A DNA stretch of 64,000 bases from Hemiscyllium ocellatum. Taxonomy: Eukaryota. The notes beneath the pieces were generated by a model, which was not told where the DNA came from, made no database searches, and saw only the letters and a program-made list of their open reading frames with translations. A program made the position numbers and the translations under genes. Below, piece by piece: positions 1 to 10,559 of this stretch (positions are counted from its first letter, which is position 1; each line of letters begins with the position of its first letter). The stretch covers positions 72,354,001-72,418,000 of the forward strand of contig NC_083417.1 in assembly GCF_020745735.1 (NCBI RefSeq), read 5' to 3'.

Positions 1-460
1 ACAAAAGGTTGTTGACAGGGTTGGAATGTTTGAGCTATAGGGAGTGGCTGAATAGGCTGAGGCTGTTTTCCCAGGAATATCAGCGACTGAGGGGTGACCA
101 TTTTGAGGTTTATAAAATCATGGATAGATTGAATAGTCAAGGTCTTAAATCCATGGTACGGGAGTCCACAATTAGAGTGCATAGGTTTACAGCGATAGGG
201 GTAAGATTTGGAAGGGACTTCATGGGCACCATTTTCGAGCCAAGGATGGTGCGTGTGTGTTATGTGTCCCCAGAAGAAGTGATAGAGGCTAGTACAATTA
301 CATCATTTAAAAGACAACTGGATGGGGATTTGAACAGGAAGAGTTTCGAAGATATGGCCAAATGCCACCTAGTGGGATTAGATTGATTTATGAAATCTGG
401 TCTGCATGGATGGATTGAATCAAAGGGTCTGTTTCCATGCTGTATACACCTCTATGCCTC
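1..460 (+). mobile_element. Degenerate CR1 LINE 3' end (RT C-terminus and 3' UTR)
   Basis: ORF 9..386 (GLECLSYREWLNRLRLFS..RLRGDHFEVYKIM) resembles the CR1 ORF2 C-terminus seen intact at 6503 and 47769. Confidence 0.85.
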
Positions 461-499
461 TGTGACTTTGTACCTGTTTCTAGTATATATCGCCATGAG

Positions 500-976
500 G
501 TACATTATTACAAAGTTAAAATTGAAGTCATTGACCTTGATTCTCAATATAAGTTATTTAGGGAGTTGCTTCTCCATTGTGTGCTTGTCGTTTTAATTGC
601 AGGTGCTTTGTTAATGATATTTCTAAATGGTGGCATCTTTAAAAGACTTTTCGAGTCTCCAAGTATTGATCAATAAGTACCTTCATCAAGCCACTCACAT
701 AACTTATTAAAGAGTTCAGCTAAGTTAATAATATTCAAGATGTTATTAATAATCAGTGTTCAATTTCATTTCTCAGCATGTATCTTCATCCTTCCTAAAT
801 ATCCTGTGTTAAAGTGTTTCACAATTTTCATTCTGAAATGGCTGACTGGTATGTAGTTATTTGACTGAAACTTCTCCAAAAATTACATAATAAATCTACC
901 TGTATATCATTTGTTAGCAATCTGATAGATGGAGATGAGGATCACAATTGAAACCCAGGTCATCTATACAATGGTA
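500..976 (-). repeat. Ancient CR1-like RT fragment shared with 40810-41285 (paralogous intron segment)
   Basis: Alignable by eye to 40810-41285. The minus strand encodes NYIPVSH here and DYKPVSL there (CR1 NYRPVSL). Confidence 0.7.
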
Positions 977-1262
977 TCAGAGAAAGGACCCAATGGCACA
1001 ACCTGAGAGTAAAGGGAAGACCTTTTAGAACGGCAAGAATGAGAAACGCCTTCAGCCAGGGAGTGGCAAATCGATGGCTGTGGAAGGCTGTGGAGACCAG
1101 ATCAATGAATATGATTAAGATTGAGATAGATAGGTTCTTGTGTATCAAGGGGATCAAGAGTTATGACGTGAAAGCAGGAGAATGGGGTTCAGCCATGATT
1201 GAATGGTGGAGCAGATTTGATGGGATGAATGGTCTAATTTTTGTTTTTATGTCTTATAGTCT
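977..1262 (+). mobile_element. CR1 3' fragment
   Basis: gggaagaccttttagaacgg..ttcagccagggagtggcaaat, matching the CR1 3' end, ending in a ttatgtcttat tail. Confidence 0.75.
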
Positions 1263-1440
1263 TTTAGATTAGACTTACAGTGTGGAAACAGGCCCTTCGG
1301 CCCAACAAGTCCACACCAACCCGCCGAAGCGCAACCCACCCATACCCCTACATTTACCCCTTACCTAACACTATGGGCAATTTAGCATGGCCAATTCACC
1401 TGACCCGCACATCTTTGTGACTGTGGGAGGAAACCGGAGG
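1263..1440 (-). mobile_element. HE1-type SINE, 5'-truncated
   Basis: ttagattagacttacagtgtggaaacaggcccttcggcccaacaagtcc, the reverse complement of the SINE tail at 21790-22097. Confidence 0.9.
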
Positions 1441-2026
1441 GTCGGTGACCGTTACAATCAGCAAACATCAACAGTAAAGATTAAACCATCTGGCATTACA
1501 CAATAGATGTTCTTCACCTCGTTAAACCACTGCCTGTGCCTCCAGCACATCACCGTTTACTGCAAGTTCTTAGCTGGCCAAAGTCATGCCAGGTAAACCT
1601 TTGTCACGCAACCCTGAACTTAACTCTTTCCCTACCTGCTCATACTTATACACATTCTCATTCCCTCTTTTTATCATTTCATGATAACCACCTAGATGAC
1701 ACTGCCATCTTCTTCATAAAACTCTTACTGCCAGGTCTTAAGCAAGTTATTGACACACAACATGCAATGAATATAACGACAAAAATTACAAGTCCATGCA
1801 ATAGATAGGATCTGCAGGATCCTCCTACGTGGAAAACTGATTTCACCTGTAAAGTTCTTAAGTCCTCAGTTCTCATTGACAATTCCACCCCCTCCGAGTC
1901 GAGTGGAAATGAGACAGTTATCCGAAATCTCCTTCAGTAAAGTCCAGCCTGAAAATGAAATCCAGTCTGTGCTTCTGCATTACTCCATGGAGATATCGCA
2001 ATTCTAAGATAAGGGCAGTTAACCAC

Positions 2027-2345
2027 CTAAGAAAACTGACGAGACTTCCATCCTAGCGGAACTGCCTCAGAAGGAGGCTACTGGCACATATGAGTGTGCA
2101 GTGTAGCAGCTGCAGCAGCAACAGCCTAGATTAATGCAGCATCCTTTGCTGCTTCTGCACCTGCTTGGCTGTTAAATGTAACAAAGCCAACTGGCTGTTT
2201 TGATGTTAGTTTGATCAGTAAACCTTCATATTCCTTAAATGATCAAGAGACAAGGTAAAGCTCATGTGGTTTAATGTCCATAGGAAATCCACTGACAAAA
2301 CACGTACAGACCTCCTCTTCACCATTGTTATGATTGGGGAGTCGA
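2027..2345 (-). pseudogene. RBPMS2: Processed pseudogene of RBPMS2/Hermes (RRM protein), internally deleted
   Basis: Manual translation: [66 protein letters not shown], then AVAAAAATLHTHMCQ*PPSEAVPLGWKSRQFS*. This matches the RBPMS-family RRM ([46 protein letters not shown]) and C-terminus (GWKSRQFC). No introns; in-frame stops. Confidence 0.9.
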
Positions 2346-3592
2346 TTGAATCCGTTGGATCAGGCTGTGGAGGGATGGGTGGTGGTCAGAAATTGTGCTT
2401 TACCTGTGAATGGAGAAACTCTGGAGATTATGTTAGCTGCTGAAAATATCTCTGCATTTCCTTTCTTATTCCTTCCATGCCAAGCTGGGTTTCAGTAAGA
2501 AGACAGTCACACATTTCACTGCACTAAATTGTGTCTGCCCATTTCAACATTCTCAGTTATCTTGAAGTTTGTTACTCTGTTATAACATTATCGAGTTTTT
2601 ACAATACATAAACTTCTAAAGTGTACTGCCTGAACAACTCAGTCAATTATAAACAACAATCAGTGATCCTAAAATCAAATCCTTCGGTGACCCCATTCAG
2701 GTTATTCAAAAATCATTTTCCTTTGATAAATTAATACTTGGTTAATTTGTAAACTGGCAGGAAAACTATTTCAAAATCTGAAACGGCAAGAAAGTAACAA
2801 AATATTTCCTGTGCTTCAGCCATTGAAGATTCAGTTTCCATTCAGATTTAATCTCTTAATATTTGTGCAAAACAAATGCAGAACATATATATGTTATAAT
2901 ATAATATGCTCTCCAAATGGAACTTCCCAAATAAAACAATTGGAATTAGAATGGTTACAGACCAGTAACTGTACAACTTTGCTAGAGATTAACATTCTTT
3001 GAATTTGCAATATGAAGGGGGCCAAATAAATCTTAATAATAATTGACAGAATTTAACTAGCTTAATCTCAAATTCAAATATTCTCTAAAACCTTTACAAA
3101 GCATCACAATTCAAATGCACTTCTCATTTTGTGAAAACGCTGCATTAAAAAAACACAGCAAAGATATTATGATACAATACTCTCATCTGGCTAAAACATG
3201 ACCGCTGACACAATTGTTTTTCGAAACAGTCATTGTAGACTTTCAAACAAATCAGGGGCTCAAAGTCCTCAATCAACTTGTTTTAATGTTAGATGTTTGA
3301 TCATTGTAAAAAGGACTTAGTGTTGTATATGAATGTAAAATCTACCCTATTTCATCGCCCACAAAATGCATTAAATTGAGATCCTGATTCAAATAAGGCA
3401 AAACAGTTACGTAAAATGATTTTCTGAACCAGTACTTTAACAAAACAAAATATTTAAATATCAAACACTTCCACCATGATATAATTTATGTCGAAACTTC
3501 CTTTATCTAAGCATTAGTACAACTTTAATTTCAGCGTTTCTCTATTTTTTTGCATCCTCTTGATGAAATTATACTTACAAAAAATTATACTT

Positions 3593-4167
3593 TAAAAGAC
3601 AGTTAAAGTCCCTGTTAAAAGGAGTTTGGAGTCCTCTAGTGGTGAGTTTGAGCCCCCAGGGCATAAAAACAAGTTAGAAGCCAGGAACTTCAAAGAAAAA
3701 CATCGAGGCAAAATTTGGTACTTCTTAAAGTTATTGCCTTTATCCGCCACACCTCTCCTACTTACAAAAAGAGAAACCCCTTGCAGTGGACCACACGGTG
3801 CCGCAGTCCAAGCCATTCCGTCGCCCAGAGCAAAGACCCACTGAGTCAAAACACCAACCCAGGAACTGAGACTCTAATAACAAAAACGTGGACCAAGCTT
3901 CCCTGGCAGTCAATGCACTTCGCTGTTGGGATCTGAGTGGACCGGCTCCACTTTCTTCCCCTTTTACAAGTGACGCCATGTTGTCCTAAAAGTATTTTGC
4001 AGGAGAGGTGTGGGGGATAAAAGCAATAACTTTAAGAAGTACCAAATGTTGCTTAGATGTTTTTCTTTGAAGTTCCTGGCTTCTAACTTGTTTTTATGCC
4101 CTGGGGGCTCAAACTCACCACTAGCGGACTCCAAACTCCTTTTAACAGGGACTTTAACTGTCTTTTA
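3593..4167. repeat. 167-bp inverted repeat (3593-3759 / 4001-4167) with 241-bp spacer
   Basis: Arms are reverse complements with 6 mismatches by manual comparison. Mirrored ORFs 3592..3849(-) and 4010..4315(+) reflect this. Confidence 0.95.
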
Positions 4168-4400
4168 CCTCAGGGACTTTAATCCATTTTTACCTAGGGG
4201 ACGTGAATCCCTTTTTCACTTTACTTCTCAAGGGGACTCGAACGCCCTTTTTATTACTCTATATGTCCGGGGACTTGAACCTCAATTAAATCCAGGGCAC
4301 TTGAACCCCAATTAAACCCAAGGGACTCGAAACTCAATTAAATCCAGGGGACTCAAACCCAAGAATACATTTGAATGAAGGGATCATTTCCGACACACAG
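4168..4400. repeat. Degenerate ~25-bp tandem repeats (ggggactcgaacc-caattaaatcca)
   Basis: Several consecutive gggact(t/c)gaac...caattaaa(t/c)cca units. Confidence 0.75.
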
Positions 4401-5290
4401 GAATATTGAGCGGGATCAAGGTTTAAAATCCTACCTTATGGACCCTTCCATCTTGAGATAGCGGTACTCTGGGCAATTGCAGACGCCATTTGATCTTAAC
4501 AATTCATTTGGACTCCTACGCGGCTTGCCAATATTGTGGCCCCATTTCTGTATCATTCGAAGCAAATACTCAGAGACACAGTATGGCTCTACCTTCTTCA
4601 TCTTTATTCTGAGCCCTGGAGAGAGCGCGATCGCTCTTGTACACAAGAACATGAGTTCTCAGTCTTCTCTCAAACAGCAGATTCTTAAGGAATTATATAG
4701 GCACTTACAGGAAGCAGCATCCAAATTCAGCATCACTTATATTGATTGGGTGACCGATACAATCAGCAAGTAACAACAATAAAGATAAAGCCATCTGGCA
4801 TTACACAATTGATGTTCTTCACATCATTAAACGATTACCCATGACTCCAGCACCTCATTATTTACTGCAAGTTCTTATCTCGTCAAAGACATACCAGCAC
4901 GGACTACAGTTCTCATCTCACACAGAAGTTAAGATATTATTCCCACACCTTCCCTTAAATCATTTTCATCATCTTAAAATAAGTCAGATCATCCATCAGC
5001 TTTAGAATTAATCACAACTGCACAAATTTAAACCAATAGCAAGAATATTCTATTCAATTAACTTTTTCAGTAATTCAATTCTTTGTTGCCTTTGTCACGC
5101 AACCCTGTTCTTAACTCTTTCCCTACCTGCTCTTACCTTATACACATTCTCACAGGTAGAACTGGAAAATACAACAATGCTTTCTGACTAGGACTGCTCT
5201 AACACAAGTGTCTATTTCCAGTGATGCACATTGAATAGCTACAAAAATTAACTAGCAGCTGTTCTTGATATTTTCTTGTTGCCTTTACAG

Positions 5291-5365
5291 ATCAAGCAAG
5301 GAACAGACGTTAAACTGAAGTGTGTGACTTTGGATATGGCCAAACGCGGCATCAAGGAAGCATGA
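5291..5365 (+). pseudogene. Terminal coding exon of an upstream paralogue of the ITIM receptor (IKQGTDVKLKCVTLDMAKRGIKEA*)
   Basis: Acceptor ctttacag|ATCAAGCAAGGAACAGAC. Homologous to 44899-45030 (IKQGTDANLIYVSLDM); the preceding intron 5150-5290 matches 44755-44898. Confidence 0.8.
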
Positions 5366-6013
5366 AGTAATCAAGATAAACAACCCAAATGGAGAATCTA
5401 GGATTGTGTGGGGAACAAAAAGCGTTTTCCTGTAGTTTTACTGTTCACTGGGTCTAGTCTTCTGCTTGAACAGTTATCATGTCTACCTGCTTGAATTGAG
5501 CTTATTATAAACCGTATTGTTGTTAATCAGAAAGGGGGTAAGGTACCGAAGATGCAAAATCAGCAGTGTGTTTACTTTTGGGCCTCTGTATTCCTTACAA
5601 AGAAATGTCTGTAAATGAAAAGAAACTACGTATTAGATCGCATTGGTTATAAAACGGTGTCAGGACAATGGATGTCTCTTATGCAGCCAGTGAGTATTTG
5701 CTACGGCTGGAGAGTTAGAGCACCTCTCTGAATCCATCCTAGTATGTAGCAGTTTTGCATTGTAGCATATGCAGTAAAGAGTCACATCAGTAATTTCAAC
5801 AGCTCTCCCCTAATGTGTCTGATCAATATAAACCCACCAATCTACCATTCTATACATTTGTAAATCATATGCCTATCAAATTTCTCCTTTGGTCTGTCCA
5901 TCGGCATCATAATTAAAAGTGTTTCTAATGGAAATATGCATATACTGAACATTTGCTATGTAAAAGAGATTCTTCACCATTTATTGATAGATTAGCAAAT
6001 AATAAGTGAATAG

Positions 6014-6264
6014 TTTAGATTAAATTACTTACAGTGTGGAAACAGGCCCTTTGGCCCAACAAGTCCACACCCACCCACCTAACACGACGGGCAATTTAAC
6101 ATGGCCAATTTACCTGACCTGCACATCTTTGGACTGTGGGAGGAAACCCACGCAGACACGGGGAGAATGTGCAAACTCCACAGTCAGTCGCCTGACTTGG
6201 GAATTGAACCTGGGTCTCTGGTACTGTGAGGCAGCAATGCTAATCACTGTGCCACCGTGCTGCC
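6014..6264 (-). mobile_element. HE1-type SINE (internal deletion)
   Basis: SINE tail at 6014 and head ccaccgtgctgcc at 6252-6264. Confidence 0.9.
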
Positions 6265-6384
6265 AGTGGACAGTAAAACTGCAGGAAAACTTTTTTTTCC
6301 CCACACAATCCTAGATTCTCCATTTGGGTTGTTTATCTTGATTACTTCATGCTTCCTTGATGCCGCGTTTGGCCATATCCAAAG
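6263..6384 (-). repeat. Inverted duplicate of 5328-5451
   Basis: Reverse complement reads ctttggatatggccaaacgcggcatcaaggaagcatgaagtaatc..., nearly identical to 5328-5451. Confidence 0.95.
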
Positions 6385-6502
6385 AGTTACTCTTATCTCA
6401 CACAGAAGTTAAAATACCATTCTCACACATAGAACATAGAAGGATACAGCGCAGTACAGGCCCTTCGGCCCTCGATGTTGCGCCGACCGAATCCTACCTA
6501 AC

Positions 6503-9184
6503 CTATACTAGCCCAATAACTTCCAAATGCCTATCCAATGCCCGCTTAAATGACCATAAAGAAGGAGAGTTCACCACTGATACGGGCAGGGCATTCCATG
6601 AACTCACAACCCGCTGTGTGAAGAATCTACCCCTAACATCTGTCCTATACCTACCACCCCTTAATTTAAAGCTATGTCCCCTAGTAACACCTGACTCCAT
6701 TAGCGGTAAAAGGTTCTTAGTATCTACCCTATCTAAACCCCTAATCATCTTATACACTTCTATCAGATCTCCCCTAAACCTTCTCTTCTCCAATGAGAAC
6801 AGCCCCAAGTGCCTCAGCCTTTCCTCATAAGATTTTCCTACCATTCCAGGCAACATCCTGGTAAACCTCCTCTGCACTCGTTCTAAAGCTTCCACATCCT
6901 TCCTATAGTATGGCGACCAAAACTGCACACAATACTCCAGATGAGGCCTCACCAGAGTCTTATACAACTGCAACATGACCTCAGGACTCCGGAACTCAAT
7001 TCCTCTGCCAATAAAGCCCAGTACACCATATGCCTTCCTCACAGCACTATTTACCTGGGTGGCAACTTTCAGAGATCTGTGTACATGGACACCAAGATCC
7101 CTCTGCTCATCCACACTACCAAGTAGCCTACCATTAGCCCAGTAATCCATCATCTTGTTATTCCTACCAAAGTGAACGACTTCGCACTTAGCTACATTGA
7201 ATTCCATTTGCCACATTTCCGCCCAGCTCTGCAACTTATCTATATCCCGCTGTAACCTACCACTTCCTTCCTCACTATCCACAACTCCACCGACTTTTGT
7301 GTCATCCGCAAACTTGCTTACCCAGCTTTCAAGTCCTTCCTCTAGATCATTTATAAAGATAACAAAAAGCAATGGTCCCAAAACAGATCCTTGTGGTACA
7401 CCGCTAGTAACTGCGATCCAAGATGAACATAATCCATCAACTACTACCCTCTGTATCCTTCCAGCCAGCCAATTCCTAATCCAAACCTCTAATGTATCCT
7501 CAATGCCATACCTCCGAGGTTTTAGCATTAGCCTACCATGGGGAACCTTATCGAACGCCTTACTAAAATCCATATACACAACATCTACTGCTTTACCCTC
7601 GTCCACTTCCTTAGTCACCTTCTCAAAGAACTCAATAAGGTTTGTGAGGCACGACCTGCCCTTCACAAAACCATGCTGGCTATCCCTGATCACGTTATTC
7701 CTACCCAGATGTTCATAAATCTTATCCCTTACCATTCTCTCTAAGACTTTGCCCACCACTGAAGTCAGACTCACTGGCCTATAGTTACTAGGGCTATCCC
7801 TACTCCCTTTCTTGAACAATGGGACCACATTCGCTATCCTCCAGTCCTCTGGTACTATTCTCGTTGACAATGACGACATAAAAATCCAGGCCAATGGCTC
7901 TGCTATCTCCTCCCTAGCTTCCCATAGGATCCTGGGGTAAATGCCATCAGGCCCAGGAGACTTATCTATATTCATCCTTTCCAATATTCCCAAAACCTCT
8001 TCCCTGCATATTTCCAGGGCATCCATTCTAATTATTTGTGATTCCATATTCACATCAGCAACAGTGTCCTGTTCCTGAGTGAATACTGATGAAAAGTACT
8101 GATTTAATGTCTCTCCAATCTCCTCCGTCTCCACACACAACTTCCCACTACTATCCTTGACTGGACCGATACCTACCCTAGTCATCCTTTTATTCTTGAC
8201 ATACCTATAGAAAGCCTTTGGGTTTTCCCTAATCCTACCAGCTAAAGACTTTTCATGTCCCCTTCTCGCTTCTCTTAGCTCTCTCTTTAGCTCCTTCCTG
8301 GCTACCTTATAACTCTCAATCGCCCCTACTGAACCTTCACGCCTCATCTTTACATATGCCGCCTTCTTCCCTTTCACAAGGGACTCCAATTCCTTACTAA
8401 ACCACGGCTGCCTCACAAGGCCCTTTACACCATGCCTGACTGGTACATACCTATCGAGGACACGCAGTAGCTGCTCCTTGAACAATCCCCACATCTCATT
8501 AGTGTTCTTCTCTTGAAGCCTGTTTTTCCAATCCACACATCCTAAGTCATGCCTCACTGCATCATAATTTCCCTGCCCCCAGCTATAACTCTTGCCCTGC
8601 GGCGCACGATTATCCCTCTCCATCACTAAAGTAAAAGTCACCGAGTTGTGGTCACTGTCCCCAAAGTGCTCACCTACCTCCACGTCTAACACCTGGCCTG
8701 GTTCATTACCTAGAACCAAATCCAATATAGCCTCCCCTCTTGTTGGCCTGTCGACATATTGTGTCAGGTAACCCTCCTGCACACATTGTACAAACACCGA
8801 CCCATCTAATGAACTCGAGCGATAGCTCTCCCAGTCAATATCTGGGAAGTTAAAGTCCCCCATAACAACCACCCTGCTACCTTCACTCTTTTCCTGAATC
8901 ATCCTCGCAATATTATCCTCTACTTCTCTAGGACTATTAGGAGGCCTGTAGAAAACACCTAACAGGGTGACCTCACCTTTCCTATTTCTAACCTCAGCCC
9001 AAACTACCTCAGATGGCAAGTCCTCTTCCATCTTCCATTCCACTGCTGTGATACTATCTTTGACAAGTAATGCCACGCCTCCCCCTTTTTTACCCCCATG
9101 TCTGATCCTATTAAAACATTTGAACCCTGGAACGTGCAACAGCCATTCTTGTCCCTGTTCTACCCACGTCTCTGTAATGGCCAC
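6503..9184 (-). CDS. CR1 ORF2: APE endonuclease + reverse transcriptase (N-terminus cut off by SINE)
   Basis: AITETW, GDFN, LDLVL, SDHN (APE); NYRPVSLTS, QHGF, DFSKAFDKV, GVPQGSVLGP, FADD (RT). Confidence 0.97.
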   Translation of the reverse strand: MAITETWVEQGQEWLLHVPGFKCFNRIRHGGKKGGGVALLVKDSITAVEWKMEEDLPSEVVWAEVRNRKGEVTLLGVFYRPPNSPREVEDNIARMIQEKSEGSRVVVMGDFNFPDIDWESYRSSSLDGSVFVQCVQEGYLTQYVDRPTRGEAILDLVLGNEPGQVLDVEVGEHFGDSDHNSVTFTLVMERDNRAPQGKSYSWGQGNYDAVRHDLGCVDWKNRLQEKNTNEMWGLFKEQLLRVLDRYVPVRHGVKGLVRQPWFSKELESLVKGKKAAYVKMRREGSVGAIESYKVARKELKRELREARRGHEKSLAGRIRENPKAFYRYVKNKRMTRVGIGPVKDSSGKLCVETEEIGETLNQYFSSVFTQEQDTVADVNMESQIIRMDALEICREEVLGILERMNIDKSPGPDGIYPRILWEAREEIAEPLAWIFMSSLSTRIVPEDWRIANVVPLFKKGSRDSPSNYRPVSLTSVVGKVLERMVRDKIYEHLGRNNVIRDSQHGFVKGRSCLTNLIEFFEKVTKEVDEGKAVDVVYMDFSKAFDKVPHGRLMLKPRRYGIEDTLEVWIRNWLAGRIQRVVVDGLCSSWIAVTSGVPQGSVLGPLLFVIFINDLEEGLESWVSKFADDTKVGGVVDSEEGSGRLQRDIDKLQSWAEMWQMEFNVAKCEVVHFGRNNKMMDYWANGRLLGSVDEQRDLGVHVHRSLKVATQVNSAVRKAYGVLGFIGRGIEFRSPEVMLQLYKTLVRPHLEYCVQFWSPYYRKDVEALERVQRRFTRMLPGMVGKSYEERLRHLGLFSLEKRRFRGDLIEVYKMIRGLDRVDTKNLLPLMESGVTRGHSFKLRGGRYRTDVRGRFFTQRVVSSWNALPVSVVNSPSLWSFKRALDRHLEVIGLV

Positions 9185-9251
9185 AACATCGAAGTCCCAG
9201 GTACCAACCCACGCTGCAAGTTCACCTACCTTATTCCTTATACTTCTGGCA

Positions 9252-9563
9252 TTTTTTTTTTAGACTTACAGTGTGGAAACAGGCCCTTCGGCCCAACAAG
9301 TCCACACCGACCCGCCGAAGCGAAACCCACCCATACCCCTACATTACCCCTTACCTAACACTACGGGCAATTTAGCATGGCCAATTCACCTGACCCGCAC
9401 ATCTTTGGACTGTGGGAGGAAACCGGAGCACCCGGAGGAAACCCACGCAGACACGGGGAGAACGTGCAAACTCCACACAGTCAGTTGCCTGAGTCGGGAA
9501 TTGAACCCGGGTCTTCAGGCGCTGTGAGGCAGCAGTGCTAACCACTGTGCCACCGTGCCGCCC
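9252..9563 (-). mobile_element. Full-length HE1-type SINE nested in CR1 ORF2
   Basis: Complete head-to-tail copy that splits GLKCVYFN|ARSIRNKVGEL. Confidence 0.95.
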
Positions 9564-9702
9564 TAATTGAAGTATACACACTTCAATCCACCCTTCTGGT
9601 TACAGGCACCCTCCTTAGAGATCACTGCATTATTCCTAACCTCCCTACACTCAAGGTCCTGTACCCTAAAGCTACAGTTCTGGTTCCCATGCCCCCACGG
9701 AG

Positions 9703-10224
9703 TTAGTTTAAACCCTCCCAAAGAGCACTAGCAAACCTCCCCCCAAGGATACTGGTGCCCCTCAGGTTCAGGTGTAGCCCCTCCTTTTTATAGAGGTCCC
9801 ACCTTCCCCAGAAAGGACCCCAGTTGTCCAGAAACTGGAATCCCTCCCTCCTGCACCATCCCTGTAGCCACGCATTTAACTGCTCTCTCTCCCTATTCCT
9901 CGATTCTCTATCACGTGGCACGGGTAACAAACCAGAGACTACAACTCTGTTTGTTCTAACTCTGAGCTTCCAACCTAGCTCCCTGAAAGCCTGTCTGACA
10001 TCCTCACCCTTCTTCCTACCTATATCGTTGGTGCCAACGTAGACCACGATATGGGGCTGCTCCCCCTCCCCCTTAAGCACCCGGAAAACACGATCAGCGA
10101 CATCACGTACCCTTGCACCTGGGAGGCAACATACCAAACGTGAGTCCCTGTCGCCCCCACAAAACCGTCTGTCTGTACCCCTCACTATCGAGTCCCCAAG
10201 AACTATTGCTCTACCTTTCTCCAC
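9703..10224 (-). CDS. CR1 ORF1 C-terminal SGNH/GDSL esterase domain
   Basis: Motifs VLGDSIV, LPGA, VGTND and EGLHLN. Confidence 0.92.
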   Translation of the reverse strand: MEKGRAIVLGDSIVRGTDRRFCGGDRDSRLVCCLPGARVRDVADRVFRVLKGEGEQPHIVVYVGTNDIGRKKGEDVRQAFRELGWKLRVRTNRVVVSGLLPVPRDRESRNREREQLNAWLQGWCRREGFQFLDNWGPFWGRWDLYKKEGLHLNLRGTSILGGRFASALWEGLN

Positions 10225-10559
10225 CCTTCCTTTAAATCATCTCATCATCTTAAAAAAAACTCTCTCAGGTCATCCATCAGCTTCAAAATGAATCACAACT
10301 ATACAATTTAAAACCAATAACAAGAATATTCGACCCAATCAACTTTTCCAGTATGCATGGAATTGAACTCTTCTAATTGGAGAAAATGAATCCATTGCCT
10401 TCTTGCATGTTCTCAATGCCTGCATCTACAACGAGAAGCTGAGGAGAGAAATCCGAATACATACCAGACTTGGAATAATGTACATTCCTATTCATCTCAG
10501 TCTGTATTAACAGGGATGGATTTTCCTAGGAATACATCTAGGGAAACTAAGAAATAAGA

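Larger units (their letters stand above)
6428..10224 (-). mobile_element. Young CR1 LINE, 5'-truncated within ORF1, with a SINE inserted in the ORF2 endonuclease region
   Basis: (ttctatg)n tail at 6428, 893-aa open ORF2 segment and ORF1 esterase domain. Flanks rejoin as attctcacac|ccttcctttaaatc, like the uninterrupted copy near 4940. Confidence 0.97.

Noticed and set aside
4431-4652. Minus-strand ORF as retroviral gag matrix
   Set aside because: Only vague similarity and no myristoylation-type start; orientation conflicts with the alternative + strand reading.
7197-7744. Long ORFs antisense to CR1 RT (also 6357-6830, 48000-48547, 48914-49126)
   Set aside because: Shadow frames of the young CR1 copies, duplicated only because the element is.
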